DNA of 64,000 nucleotides from contig NC_043013.1 in assembly GCF_006345805.1 (NCBI RefSeq), forward strand, positions 7,006,001 through 7,070,000, in the 5' to 3' direction. The position numbers and the translations under genes are program-made. The notes under the pieces were generated by a model. It made no database searches and was not told where the DNA came from. It saw only the letters and a list, made by a program, of their open reading frames with translations. Source of the stretch: Octopus sinensis (taxonomy: Eukaryota). Below, piece after piece: positions 25,441 to 38,744 of this stretch; positions within the stretch are counted from its first letter, which is position 1, and each line of letters starts with the position of its first letter.

Positions 25441-25891
25441 ATAATGGTAATAACAGGTTCTAATACAGGCACTTAACCGGCAATTTCTAAGGGAGTAGGA
25501 GTAGTTGATATCATCAACCTTAGTGCTTGACTGGTACTGTATTTCTTCGACCCCCGAAGGATAAAGGTAAAATTTACCACGGCAGGATTTGAACATAGGG
25601 TTAGAACATAGGAAACCAGAAGAATTATCGTAAGGCATTCTCCTGAAGTCTTAAAGATTCTGCGAGGGTAGTCTCTGATTTAGGCACAAAGTGAGTCATT
25701 TTGAAGGAAGGGAGTTCGTTGATACTTTCACCACTGGTGCTTAATTGGTCCTTTATTTTATCCATCTCGAAAGGACAAGAAGTAAAGTAAACCTCGGCAG
25801 AATCTGAACTCAGAATGAAAAAGATCATAGAAGTACTAAGGCCGATAAGGTGATCCAGCATGGCCGCAGTCTAATGTCCAAATATAGTAAA

Positions 25892-26274
25892 ACTAGCAGT
25901 ATCGCCCGGCGTTGCTCAGGTTTGTTTCGACCCTTTAGAATTGGAAATTTTGAAAAGTAAAAATTTTGCATTATGTAGCTTGTTATTCTCTTTAAGTGAA
26001 CATTTTTCTGGTTGAAATACACCGAAAACTGGCGACGCAGCAGTCAATAAATCGTAAAAAATAAGGATTTTCATAGAAAAAAAGCACCTTTTTGATGTAA
26101 ATAATTTTTGGTGTTAACATGGTCCGATTTGAATGTTTACTTCTACGGAAGGAAGAGCAAGCCTTCTTCTATCATACTCTCAGTTTTGGTCAACTTGCGC
26201 CGCAGGGTCTCGGAGGAGATAGTGTTAGTTGAAGGCTACCAAACCTGCCACACGCAGACAACTTATATAGAGAT
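25892..26274 (+). mobile_element. Non-autonomous Helitron/DINE-like element
   Basis: 5' actagcagtatcgcccggcgttgctcagg and 3' cagacaacttatatagagat. Related starts/ends at 26535-26740 and 33340-33568. Confidence 0.4.
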
Positions 26275-26610
26275 AATTTTAAAATAATTATAAATAAAAT
26301 AGTATCTGCCAAAACGAAAATTGGTTGATATCTTAGAAATAAAAGAGAAAAATATTATCTCTGTGGTGAGGTCGGAGTTCGTGAGAAATAAAAATATCAG
26401 AAAGCATATAAAGATAACAAAAGCCATTCGTGATAAAAAAGTTAGACTGAGGTTGAATGTAGAAATTAAGATTAATAAATGTTATAGGATTGGTCTCTTG
26501 ACAAGTTCATATTTTATTATATATATATAAAAAGAGCCGAAATACCCAGCGTTGCTCAGGTTAAGTCTCACACAACGTTCATGTTGCCGCACACACACAC
26601 ACACACACAC

Positions 26611-26611
<1 letters not shown>

Positions 26612-26665
<54 letters not shown>

Positions 26666-26690
26666 TAGATAGATAGATAGATAGATAGAT

Positions 26691-26736
<46 letters not shown>

Positions 26737-26738
26737 CT
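26612..26738. repeat. (GATA)n/(GACA)n microsatellite
   Basis: Direct. Confidence 0.97.
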
Positions 26739-26800
26739 ATGTCGACCAGATTATCAGGTGTTATTATACAATGCGTTTCTTCGCATTGTCGCATTGTAGT

Positions 26801-27075
26801 GAAGGTGCGTGACTTAGGGGTTAGGGGTTCTCATCTAATGGTCGTAAGGTCGTGAGTTCGATTCCCGGTAGTGCGTTATGTTTTTGAGAAAGAAACTTTA
26901 TTTCACGTTGCTCCAGTACACCCAGCTGACAAAAAGGAGGAGTACCTGTATTTTAAAGGGCCAGTCTTGTCACATTCCGTGGAGTACTAAACCGATTACA
27001 CGTTAATTTTCGGGATCAGGCTGTTCCGCTGATCCGATCAACCGGAACTCAAGTCGCCGTAACCGACTGAGTACC
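26801..27075 (+). mobile_element. Chimeric tRNA-SINE: CORE-like middle shared with 51677 element, 3' half shared with family C
   Basis: tttatttcacgttgctccagtacacccagctg followed by gtacctgtattttaaagggcc...gatcaaccggaac...cgtaaccgac. Confidence 0.7.
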
Positions 27076-27544
27076 GGTTGATTTCGGACGATGCCACCAC
27101 GCAGGTTTGGCGGGCGGACCAACCGGTCCTGAACGCAATGCCACTTTTTCGTAGGGCTATTTATTTACAGCTGAATGGACTTGAACAACGTGAAATGAAA
27201 CATCTTGCTCAAGAACCCAACAAAAGGACCCCGAAAGTGCGATCTTGCAATCGTGAGTGCAACACCCAACCACGATACCATATATAAGACTATTGGTTAA
27301 ACGAATACGAGGGTGAGCTGGCTTTAAGGTTCCTGGCTTTAAGGGTCTTGCGAAAGGATTGGTTGGAGGACCAGCCTTCGGAGTTCTTTTACAGAGTTTA
27401 GAAAAAATGAAAGACCGCTGCAATAAGTGTGCGAATCTGGGAAGAGAATATGTCGAATAAAATCATAACTTATCCTCCTGTATTGTCTTTTATACCGAAA
27501 GCCAGGAACTTTTCAGCATGCCCTCGTACGTAGAATTAATGTAG

Positions 27545-28341
27545 GGCGGCGAGCTGGCAGAATCGTTAGCACGCCGGGCGAAATGTTTAGCAGTATTTCG
27601 TCTGCCATTACGTTCTGAGTTCAAACTCCGCCGAGGTCAACTTTGCCTTTCATCCATTCGGGGGTCGATTAAATAAGTACCAGTTACGCACTGGGGTCGA
27701 TGTAATCGACTTGATCCCTTTGTCTGTTCTTGTTTGTCCCCTCTATGTTTAGCCCCTTGTGGGTAGTAAATAAATAGGTATTTCGTCTGTCGGTATTTCG
27801 TTCCGAGCTCAAATTCCGCCGAGGTCGACATTGCCTTTCATCCTTTCGGGGTCGATAAATTAAGTACCAGTTACGCACTGGGGTCGATGTAATCGACTTG
27901 ATCCCTTTGTCTGTCCTTGTTTGTCCCCTCTATGTTTAGCCCCTTGTGGATAGTAAAGAAATAGGTATTTCGTCTGTCGGTATTTCGTTCCGAGCTCAAA
28001 TTCCGCCGAGGTCGACATTGCCTTTCATCCTTTCGGGGTCGATAAATTAAGTACCAGTTACGCACTGGGGTCGATGTAATCGACTTGATCCCTTTGTCTG
28101 TCCTTGTTTGTCCCCTCTATGTTTAGCCCCTTGTGGGTAGTAAATAAATAGGTATTTCGTCTGTCGGTATTTCGTTCCGAGCTCAAATTCCGCCGAGGTC
28201 GACATTGCCTTTCATCCTTTCGGGGTCGATAAATTAAGTACCAGTTACGCACTGGGGTCGATGTAATCGACTTGATCCCTTTGTCTGTCCTTGTTTGTCC
28301 CCTCTATGTTTATTTAGCCCCTTGTGGGCAATAAAGAAATA
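27545..28341 (+). repeat. SINE A concatemer: one full head unit plus three 187-bp head-truncated units
   Basis: Junctions aaata|ggtatttcg at 27777, 27964 and 28151; the ORF track shows repeated ORFs at a 187-nt period. Confidence 0.92.
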
Positions 28342-28582
28342 AATGATTCTTCACCTCCCGCTACAACCTTACGTTTCTCCTTCTCCTTTAACCCATTCAG
28401 CCACATTGTCCACTCGTGGCCTTGAAGTTGCGCTCATTTCACACTGACATCTCACGCAGCTTTCCTCCCACTTTCGCGATATTATAGACCAGCGATTAAG
28501 TTAAAGGGAATATAATTGTCTGATGTTTATGTATTTTGTTTCATTCATTTATTGACAAATAACGAGAGAAAAGGGGGAAGGA

Positions 28583-28613
<31 letters not shown>

Positions 28614-28959
28614 AACTCACACACCCACAAACACAGATATATGTACGGGATGCAACGGAGCGGTACAAAACAAATTTTGATGTGCCAAAAATAGAAGGCG
28701 ATCATACGTAACGTTACGCAGCCATGCGCGGCGGCGGCGGCAGATTCCAATATGAAAGGGGAAAATGTAAAAACAAGGAGTTTTGGCTTGTTTCAAGCAG
28801 TGGTGGGGAAGGGGAAAACACAATCACAAACACACACACACTCATGAAGTGTATATGTAGCAGTATATAGTAGAAGTTACTAGTCATGGTGCCGCGCACT
28901 AGGACTGAACCTCAAACCGCCCAATTGCAATGCGAGTTTCTTAAACCACACATCCACGC

Positions 28960-29907
28960 TTATGTACATACATACACACACACACACGCATGCATGCATG
29001 CATGCATACACACATGCATACATACATACATACATACATACCTACACACATATATACATACATACATGCATACATACATATACACACATACATACATACA
29101 TACATACATACATACATACATACATACCTACACACATACATACATACACACATGCATACATACATATACACACCACACATACATACATACATACATACAC
29201 ACATACATACATACATACATACATACACACATGCATACATACATACATACATACACACATGCATACATACATACATATATACATACATACATACATACAT
29301 ACATACATACATACACACATGCATACATACATACATACATACCTACACACATATATACATACATACATGCATACATACATATACACACATACATACATAC
29401 ATACATACATACATACATACATACATACATACCTACACACATACATACATACACACATGCATACATACATGCATACACACACACATACATACATACATAT
29501 ACACACATACATACATACATACATACACACATACATACATACATACATACATTCATCACTACATACATACATACATACATACACACATACATACATACAA
29601 CTACATATATCCATACATACATACATACACACAATACATTACATACCACACATGCATACATACATACATACATACCTACATACCTACATACACACATACA
29701 TACATACATACATACCTACATACATACATACCATATCACACACACACACATGCATACATACTACATACATACAGACATACATACATACATACATACCATA
29801 CATACATTCATACATACATAACATACATACATTCATACATACATACCATACATACATACATACATACATAATACATACATACTACATATACACACACACA
29901 CACACAC

Positions 29908-29935
<28 letters not shown>
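28960..29935. repeat. Imperfect (ATAC)n microsatellite, ~1 kb
   Basis: Direct. Confidence 0.97.
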
Positions 29936-29938
<3 letters not shown>

Positions 29939-30135
29939 GTTGAATTAAACTTACCAATACAATATGGAAAAACTCAGGTCGAGTCCTAAAAGCCCGGAAG
30001 ACGTTTCGCTTTTAACTGTTTCCTTGCGGCGAACAAAACGTGGAGTGAATTGATAAATTCGGACGAACGAACTTTGAGTACAGCGACTAACATGGATTGT
30101 GCGCGCGGGCGAGTATGTCTATCTGTGAATGTGCG

Positions 30136-30177
<42 letters not shown>

Positions 30178-30494
30178 TGTATCTGTGTGTGTGTGCGCGC
30201 GCGCGCGCGTTTGTGTTGCTTCGTTACAGGAAGCCAATTATAAAAAAAATTACTGTATCAAATGAAGAGGCAAATTAATGTACTCGAGCAAACATAAAAT
30301 ATAAAAACACGGAAAAAAAAAAGAGTATATTTCTCGTGTTTATTTGAGTTGTAGGTCACAATAATATGTATCAATTTTAGCTTATCTACAGAACAATTTA
30401 TATCTATGAGTTCCTCGGCCTCAATATGTGTCAGTTTATCTAGCTAGCCATATAACAAAACCTATAGCAAACGTACCTACCTTTATTGATCACC

Positions 30495-30520
30495 TGATAT
30501 ATATATCTATATTATATATA

Positions 30521-30562
<42 letters not shown>

Positions 30563-30761
30563 ATATTATATATATCTATATCTATATATATATATATTAT
30601 ATATATATATTATCTATATTATATATAGCATGGCCTCAGCCGGATGGCTGAAACAAGTAAAAGAGTAAAAGAGTAAAAGAGTATATTTATATATATATAT
30701 ATCTATATATCTATCATCTATATTATATATAGGATGTATGTATATATATAATATATGATAT

Positions 30762-30798
<37 letters not shown>

Positions 30799-30838
30799 GT
30801 ATTATATATATATATATATATGTGTGTATATATTATGA

Positions 30839-30878
<40 letters not shown>

Positions 30879-30961
30879 ATATATATATATATATATATAT
30901 ACATATATATATTATATATATTATATATATATATATATATTATATATATATATATATATAA

Positions 30962-31057
<96 letters not shown>

Positions 31058-31062
31058 CTAGT
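30495..31062. repeat. (TA)n-rich tracts with an embedded SINE B tail fragment (30628-30682)
   Basis: Direct; gcatggcctcagccggatggctgaaacaagtaaaagag. Confidence 0.93.
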
Positions 31063-31798
31063 CTAAGCAGGTTTAGACACATTATATACATATACTTATG
31101 AGTGTGTACACTCATATACACACATATATGCACATATATGCACTTACATTGCACATACATGCACTTACGCACACAAACCAACATAGATACCAATCTACAT
31201 ACAAGCTTGGTCTCCAATTACACTGTTATAGCTTCCGTAATGACGTATGTGCATATGTGTATATATAAATATGCATGTGCGCATGTGTGAATATGTATTT
31301 GTGCATTTGTGTTTGTGTACGCGTGCGCGTGTGTGTGTTTGTGTTCAAAAAGTAAATATTGATAAGAAATCCGATAAATTGTTGCTTTTGACTGTAAATA
31401 AACTTAAGCGCTTTATTCCGTCCGGGCTGCATAGATACTATTTTGTTTTCACATTGGTAGAAAACCAGTTATTATTCCGTTAGAAAACTATAAGCAACTT
31501 CACAAAATATAGCAATATATAATTACATTTATAAAAAGTTTTTAAAACTGGATATTAAACAATATCAGAAAAGGTTATTGGTGGAGACGCATCGTGATTG
31601 ATAATACGTTAAAAGATATGGAGTTTTTTTAAACCAAAAGCAATAAGCCGAAGAATAATAGTAAATGTAGGAGAATTTTTAAAATGTTGGAATTTGGTGG
31701 GTGAACAGGGTGAACAACGGAAAAGATAGCGACTGAAAACTCTGCACGATGCAGAAAGATTGATGTGCCTAAAAACTTGTTATAAAGTTAAAAATATA

Positions 31799-32218
31799 GG
31801 CGCAGGATTGGCTGTGTGGTAAGTAGCTTGCCTACCAACCACATGGTTCTGGGTTCAGTCCCACTGCGTGGCATCTTGGGCAAGTGTCTTCTGCTATAGC
31901 CTCGGGCCGTCCGATGCCTTGTGAGTGGATTTGGTAGACGGAAACTGAAAGAAGCCTGTCGTATATATGTATATATATATATGTATGTGTATGTATATGT
32001 TTGTGTGTCTGTGTTTGTCCCTCTAGCATTGCTTGACAACCGATGCTTGTGTGTTTACGTTCCCGTAACTTAGCGGTTCGGCAAAAGAGACCGATAGAAT
32101 AAGTACTGGGCTTACAAAGAATAAGTCCCTGGGTCAATTTGCTCGACTAAAGGCGGTGCTCCAGCATGGCCGCAGTCAAGTGACTGAAACAAGTAAAAGA
32201 GTAAAAGAGAGTAAAGAG
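31799..32218 (+). mobile_element. SINE family B, full length
   Basis: As 19482. Confidence 0.85.
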
Positions 32219-32354
32219 TAATGTATATTAGGATGTAGTCACATGGTGGTTCGGCTGTGTCTTTTGTGAGGACTTTCAGCAGGTTATCCCAACCCTAAAG
32301 TTTTTCGAAAAGAAAAAAGAAATAAGAAATACAGGGGCCTAATCAGCCACTATC

Positions 32355-32530
32355 ATATCGTGCCGTTCACCGTCGAAGCCCCAGGTGTTCTCGGGCCCCG
32401 CACTACCTGTTTCCTCAGCAAAATCTGGATAACGGCGGCCTGTCTGAGAAATTAGCTCCACGAGGTGGAGTGGCTGTTGCAGCAAGTTTCGCTGGCCATT
32501 CTCTGCAGCAACGCCATCATGGTCATGACC
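32355..32530 (+). mobile_element. Degenerate CRE-like (RLE) non-LTR retrotransposon C-terminal fragment
   Basis: HIVPFTVEAPGVLGPRTTCFL...EWLLQQVSLAILCSNAIMV resembles the F.PF.VE..G..G..A..FL...L.QR.S.AI.RGNA motif. Confidence 0.45.
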
Positions 32531-34749
32531 GCAGGGCGTGGCTGATCACACCATTTGCTCTGGAGTGTGTGGCCAATTGCTCCCTCCTTCTTCATTTGCT
32601 GCTTAGCACCCTTTTTCTTTTTCTTAATCTTTCGGTTTCTTTGTATCTAAATCTTATACTTTTGAGATGTGATTAATTGGTTTAAAGTAAAGTTGCCAAT
32701 ATATCAACTTCTATAAATTTATTATAAATGCTGTGGGCTCACACTAGGCAAGAGGACCCTAAGTAAGGCATGTGTAAAATTTGAATGAAATTGGTTGTGT
32801 AGTTCTCAAGTTTTAGGGGTTCACACAGACACACAGAGACAGACACACACATACACACACACACACATTCTCATCTTTATATATATAGATATACATGAAC
32901 TAACGTCACATCAAAATCATGTAAACCACACACAGTCATTGACAAGAGTGTCTCCCCAAAAGTGTAAATACGAAATAAAAGCAGATAACTCTGTATTTCA
33001 TAATGTTTAGAATAAAAATTGTTGAGTCAAAAGCTTTTTAGTTATACACGCATAATTAAACGCTCGTTGACCGATTTTTACCATCGGTGAGTAAAAATAA
33101 CGATTTCAAATTTTTGCACAAGGCCAGCAATTTTAGAAAAAGATAAGCTGATTACATCGACTTCGGAACTCAACTTGTACTTATTTTATCGAGCCCGAAA
33201 GGTAAAGTCGACCTTGGTGGAATTTGAACTCAGAACGTAAAGACGGACGAAATGCCACTAAGTATTTTGCCTGACACGTTAACGATTCTACCAGCTCGCT
33301 GCCCTTTTGGTAAATAGTAATAACGAGCAAAACGCCCCCCCCCCGTCCAATGGACGGTGCTGATGTACTTGCGCGTACAAATGCACGTTCCCACGGCTTT
33401 ATTGATCGCATTCTCACCTGGAATAGATTTTTATAATTTTTTCAAGACTTATACGCGTCCTGATACCGTCGGTATCTACATATCAAATTTGAGCGCAATC
33501 GGATGGAGGATGCCCGAGATCCTAGAAGACACACACACAGACTGACAGAACGAATTTTACATAATAGATAAAAATTATTGATTCTTCGCTTTTAAGAATT
33601 GATTGATATTTGCATAGAATTGCACTAAATCGTTTCGGACTTGTATAGACGACCATTCAACGTTTTATCTTTATTATTGCAACTCCGACCTAAACTTTTA
33701 AATTTTCAACATTTTACGAAGAAAACCGTTCCCCCATTTTCTGAGTCTTGTCTCGTCAGTAGTAAGATGCCAGCTAAATGGTTGCGCTCATTAGATCTGA
33801 TGCCCAGCCACGATAAATCAACAGAGTGGCATAGTGTTAGTGGAGCTTTGAGATAGACATACATTTCCCAAGTTAACAAGTATTTAACCAGATACAATAG
33901 CAGATGTGGAGTAGCTACTGTCCTTGACATAGATTGGAGCAAATTGTGAAAGTGGATCGACACTGGTTGAGTGCATATCTTTTACGCTCTAAACTACTAC
34001 TTATAAAAACGGAACAGGATATCGAAGTGGAATACAATTACTTCCTGTTTAAGCTATTTCAATTGCTGTCCAGATGTGGTTGACAAATGAAGGACACTTC
34101 GCACCGGATAGCTCGCTCCCATTCCTGAGAACATGTCGTTCACCTGGTTTGAACTTCGCATCACATCTACATCGTATTCGTGTTTAATTTCATGACACGA
34201 TTTCATTGCCTGAGTGATTCTCATTCACGCCACAACTTCATAACACGCAATGAAAGTAAACACTCGGAACCTCTACTTCAGACCGACTTCGACTGTAATC
34301 TCGATCAATCGATGATTGTTAACCATGCACGTTCTCGCATTTTGTCGGTTTTTTAAAAAATATAATAAAATATTGATTTCAAATTTTGATACAAGTCCAG
34401 CAATTTTGGAGGAGGAATAAGTCGATTACACTGACCTCAGTGCTCAACTGGTGTTCATTCTATCGACCCCGACAGAATTTGAACTGAGAACATACAAACG
34501 GAAGAAATGCCGCTAAGCGTTTTACCAGAGTACTAACGAATCTGCCAGCTCGCTGCTTTATCCTATAATAAAATGTTTTTTGTTTTTTTTTAAAGTACTC
34601 TTTATCTAGCTCAGAAAGAAGCTTTGTTTTATTTAGTTCACGTCACTTTACGGGCTGATAATTCAACCAAAATTCCGTCAGTGCAGTCACATTAGTACAA
34701 ACATGTTATTCACAACATCATACATGGACAAAAATTGAGACGAGGTAAC

Positions 34750-36072
34750 GAGCTGGGTGACTACTCTCACCCAGAAATGGGCCGAAAGAAAGCGATCCGT
34801 GGAAGGTCGGGCAGAGGTGGCTAACGCGTATATCACGTCCGTCATCTACTATCGTTTGTCTTTCGTGCCTTGTCCCGGCCACCGTCTGATTATGCTAGAT
34901 CGTATATTTTCCCGCTCCTTGTGGAAGGGACGCATCTCGATGGTCAAGTGGTCAATCTGCTGTCAGCACCCGCTGCGTAGTGACCTGGGCATACCGCGAC
35001 CGATGATGCGCAGACATGCACTGAAGCTACGACATCTCCAATGATTCCTTGACGGTGAAAAGGTGTGGTCGCCGTTCGCCAGACACATATTTCCGCAGCT
35101 AGTTTCTTTAACGGAGCTGCTGTCCTGGGTAAAACAGAAACCGAGAGGGAGCATTTGGAAACTGGGATGTCTTCAAGCGCTCACAGCCCTCAGCCAATCA
35201 GACACTGCGATAGGTGGAACGTCCATTTTAGCATTTTATAGAGGATTAGTAGTGGAAAAGCGCGACGACGTTCTTGGATAATTTCCAAAAATCTCTTGTC
35301 TAGCAGTGCTACTGCAGAGCTTTGCCTGTTCGGGAAAAACCTTACAGACACAGAAGTGCTGTCAGCCGAGCATGTCTGTGATGCGCACAGTATGACAAGA
35401 CGATCCTACGAGCACTTGTCCAGTGTCCGAGCATTGCTGACCTGTGGGTTTATGTCGAATACTTGCTGTTACGTGTGAGACGGATCCGGCTGTCAACTGA
35501 ATCCATCGTGGAGATCGCCCCGCCGCCTTCCTTTAACCGGGAAGGAAACACTGTGTTTATATGCCTGGTGGCCATGGCGAAAGAGGTTGTGTGGTGGACG
35601 AGATTGAAGAGACTGAAGACAAGCACTTTCTCGTTGGCCAATTCCTGATGAACTTCTTCAGGTTTCACTTGAAATGAAAAATAAGGGTAGAGAAGGAAGT
35701 GTTGTCTTCTAACCAGTTTGCTGGAAAATGAATGAAAGTTGCGAGAATGGTGCGAGGGAACGGGCCTGCCCTGAGCATACGCCTGCCGTTGGAAAAAAGG
35801 ACAAAAAGAAAGAGACCTGCCCCAAAAGTCAGGGTACCCATGGCTTTTTATGGAGTTTTTGCATGAACAGCCCTCGACCGTCTCCTCCCTATTGAGGATT
35901 ACACATTGTTAATTTTTTTTTATGTAATTTTGTTCGTCTTGCTTACACGCAAAACCCTCACAACACCCACTCACACACATACACACATACACACATACAC
36001 ACATACATTCTTTGTTTTATCCTGTACTTTCCATAATGTTTTTCTTAATGTAAACCTTTGTGGTTAATAAAG

Positions 36073-36075
<3 letters not shown>
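34750..36075 (+). mobile_element. 5'-truncated Tx1/L1-clade LINE relic with 3'UTR and AATAAA
   Basis: W..RKRSVEGRAEVANAYITSVIYYRL...SLWKGR..MVKWSICCQHP...LG...RHALKL is the post-RT region of L1/Tx1 ORF2. A C-terminal zinc knuckle lies near 35370-35440. Contains stops and frameshifts. Confidence 0.75.
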
Positions 36076-36106
<31 letters not shown>

Positions 36107-36134
36107 TATTATTATTATTATTATTGTTATTATT

Positions 36135-36679
36135 GAGTGAGAGAGCAGTGCATGCCATTAAAGTGACACTGGGATTAAATATACAAAACCCAGTATACCA
36201 ATCATGACCACCCGTCCGTCTGATAAGGGTACACTAGGCACATGCATCACAACCATATGTATGCGACATAGTATTTCATATCAAGATAAACAGCACATGA
36301 CCTTGAAGGTGGAGCCCATTTAGAATATTCTTCAGCTCGAGTAGCCCATCCCGCTCAAAAGGTCCCTGAATAGGGGTTCTTTAAAGATGTTGAAGGAAAC
36401 ACCCATGTTTCCAGAAGTGAATTATCCAAATCCCAAAAATTCCTCTCAAAACATTCTATGATGCTCCCCCACTACGTCTGCTCATGATCAGAGATGCACA
36501 TATCATCAGCTACAAAGGGATATGCTCAACTGGTTAAGAGCAAACAACTGACAAGCAAATCTGTGGTATTGAGCAGAATATTTGCTGTAGCCCATCTTTT
36601 GTGTCAAGACAAAGCAATGTACATGATAATACTTCCAATCAATTAAAATTAGAAGCCATGAAAGCCACTGCTACTGCAT
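36135..36679 (-). mobile_element. Repeat family D copy between (ATC/ATT)n tracts
   Basis: As 16929. Confidence 0.85.
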
Positions 36680-37167
36680 TATTATTATTGTTGTTGTTGT
36701 TGTTGTTAATATTGTTGTTGTTGCGCCTGGAAGAAATAGCCAAGAGAAAGCTGTCCCCGAAACGTCGGGCACGTGACCTTTGCAGGTTCTCTGGGACCGG
36801 TGAACTCGGAATGAGATGATTGGCCACAATTCCTTAGATGTTGGCGATTCCTTGGATTTGGCACGATTTGAACTGGACATTCGGCTTGTTTTGGCGACAC
36901 TACGTTTTGGCGTAGGATACCAACCTGCTCCAAGAAACAGGAGCCATTAGGGTAACGATAGAAAAGACATAGAAAGGGGACAGCACACTTATGGACCAAA
37001 TACTGGAGCATATAACAACGTATTGATTGAAATTCGATCTCTAACAATATTTGGACATCCTAATTGTATTCTTATTTAGTTTTTCTAATGAGTGTTTGCT
37101 TGAGAGAATTTAGGTAATTAAGATGTTCAGCAAAACACTGTTCAGTAAAAGATAATAGGGGGAAAAG

Positions 37168-37400
37168 GCGGCGAGCTGGCAGAATCGTTAGCACGCCGGG
37201 CGAAATGCTTATCGGTATTTCGTCTGCCGCTACGTTCTGAGTTCAAATTCCGCCGAGGTCGACTTTGCCTTTCATCCTTTCGGGGTCGATTAAATAAGTA
37301 CCAGTTACGTACTGGGGTCGATATAATCGACTTAATATGTTTGTCTGTCATTGTTTGTCCTCTCTGTGTTGAGCCCCTTGTGGGTAGTAAAGAAAGAGAT
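37168..37400 (+). mobile_element. SINE family A1
   Basis: As 11271. Confidence 0.85.
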
Positions 37401-37764
37401 AATAGGGGAAAAATAAACGTGAGGACGACAACGACAGAGCGATGCCGACGGGACGACAACGACGACGACGACGGGTCGATGATCACGATAACCATGATGA
37501 TGATGATGATGATGATGATAATCAGGATCATCATCATTTTCGTGATTAATTATTTCAGCGACGACGACGACGATCCCCTCCCCCTCCCCACATACCCTAC
37601 ACTCTTGAAGATTCTGAGTTGCCGTTTCTAAAACCTATTCCTTAACTTGACGCTGACTCCAATAACAACAACAACGACGACGACGTCGACAACAGCAACG
37701 ATTAGGACGATAACAATGATTATAATAATGATAAAGAGGCGGAAGGATTAATTATGAAACTTAC

Positions 37765-37905
37765 CTATTATTTCTGTTTGCTCTGTTTCTGTTTTTGTTT
37801 TGTTCTCTTAGCGTGTATTATTATTTTTTTTTTTTTCCACTTGTGTGATAAGTAAAGACCAGTCGAAGTTAACAACAGTTCTTACTGCTGAAGTGCGGCT
37901 TGTAG
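37765..37905 (-). other. Putative non-coding first exon (5'UTR) of the CARNS1-like gene
   Basis: Strong donor AATAG|gtaagttt at 37765/37764. The upstream stretch is non-repetitive, ATG-free and lies ~30 nt below a TATA box. The link to CARNS1 is inferred. Confidence 0.5.
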
Positions 37906-37940
37906 TGTGAACCAGTTTAGAACTGAGTCGTATTTATAAA
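37900..37940 (-). promoter_or_regulatory. Candidate TATA box (TATAAATA, 37938-37931) with Inr-like TTCACACT ~25-30 nt downstream
   Basis: Minus strand reads tttTATAAATAcgactcagttctaaactggTTCACACTac. Confidence 0.45.
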
Positions 37941-38117
37941 CCATTCAGACTCAAGTATTTTCACTTTTGATTCTAGCTTAGCTTTTGTTGTTTTATTTTC
38001 GCTTTTTGTTTCCCCTCGTTTTGTTTTGTTTTTTTTCATTTATAGTGGTGTGTTTTGTTTTGGTGTTAATATCATTATCATCACCATTATCATCATCATC
38101 ATCATCATCATCATCAC

Positions 38118-38148
<31 letters not shown>

Positions 38149-38364
38149 AATTGAATATAGATGACATCACTTGAGAAGAGTGTTTTAAAAGCTGATTGGA
38201 TAAAATACGATGGGACTAAAAAAAAGGAGAAAATGGCGAAGAGGGATAATTATTTCACTGCACTTGAAGAACGATTGGCTCGTCGCTCTGTAGAAACGGA
38301 TTTACAAAAATGCACACACTTACATATGGAGAGATACACAGACAGAGGCATACACAGACAGAGG

Positions 38365-38426
<62 letters not shown>

Positions 38427-38651
38427 TACACACATACATATACATACATTTTTTTCTGAAATTGTAGTCTACGAAATGTGTGTGTGTGTGTGTGTGTGCG
38501 TGTGGTTCGTCATTAAATAAATATTTACATACATGTGTAAATATACATACATGTGTGTGTGTATATATATTTATTTATAAACACGTGCAAAAATATGTAG
38601 ATATATGTGTCCATATGTGCACACACGCGCACGAGCACTCACACACATACA

Positions 38652-38744
<93 letters not shown>

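Noticed and set aside
27545-28341. CRISPR-like or repeated-gene array (identical 64-aa ORFs)
   Set aside because: Contiguous 187-bp SINE units without unique spacers, no cas genes, eukaryotic context.
28886-29948. His/Thr/Tyr- and Cys/Met/Val-rich ORFs of 130-330 aa
   Set aside because: Translations of the (ATAC)n tract.
36723-36770. Hammerhead-like GCGC-CUGGAAGA...GAAACGUC-GGGC
   Set aside because: The core has an insertion, stem I has a mismatch and four extra C's precede GAAA; too decayed to call.
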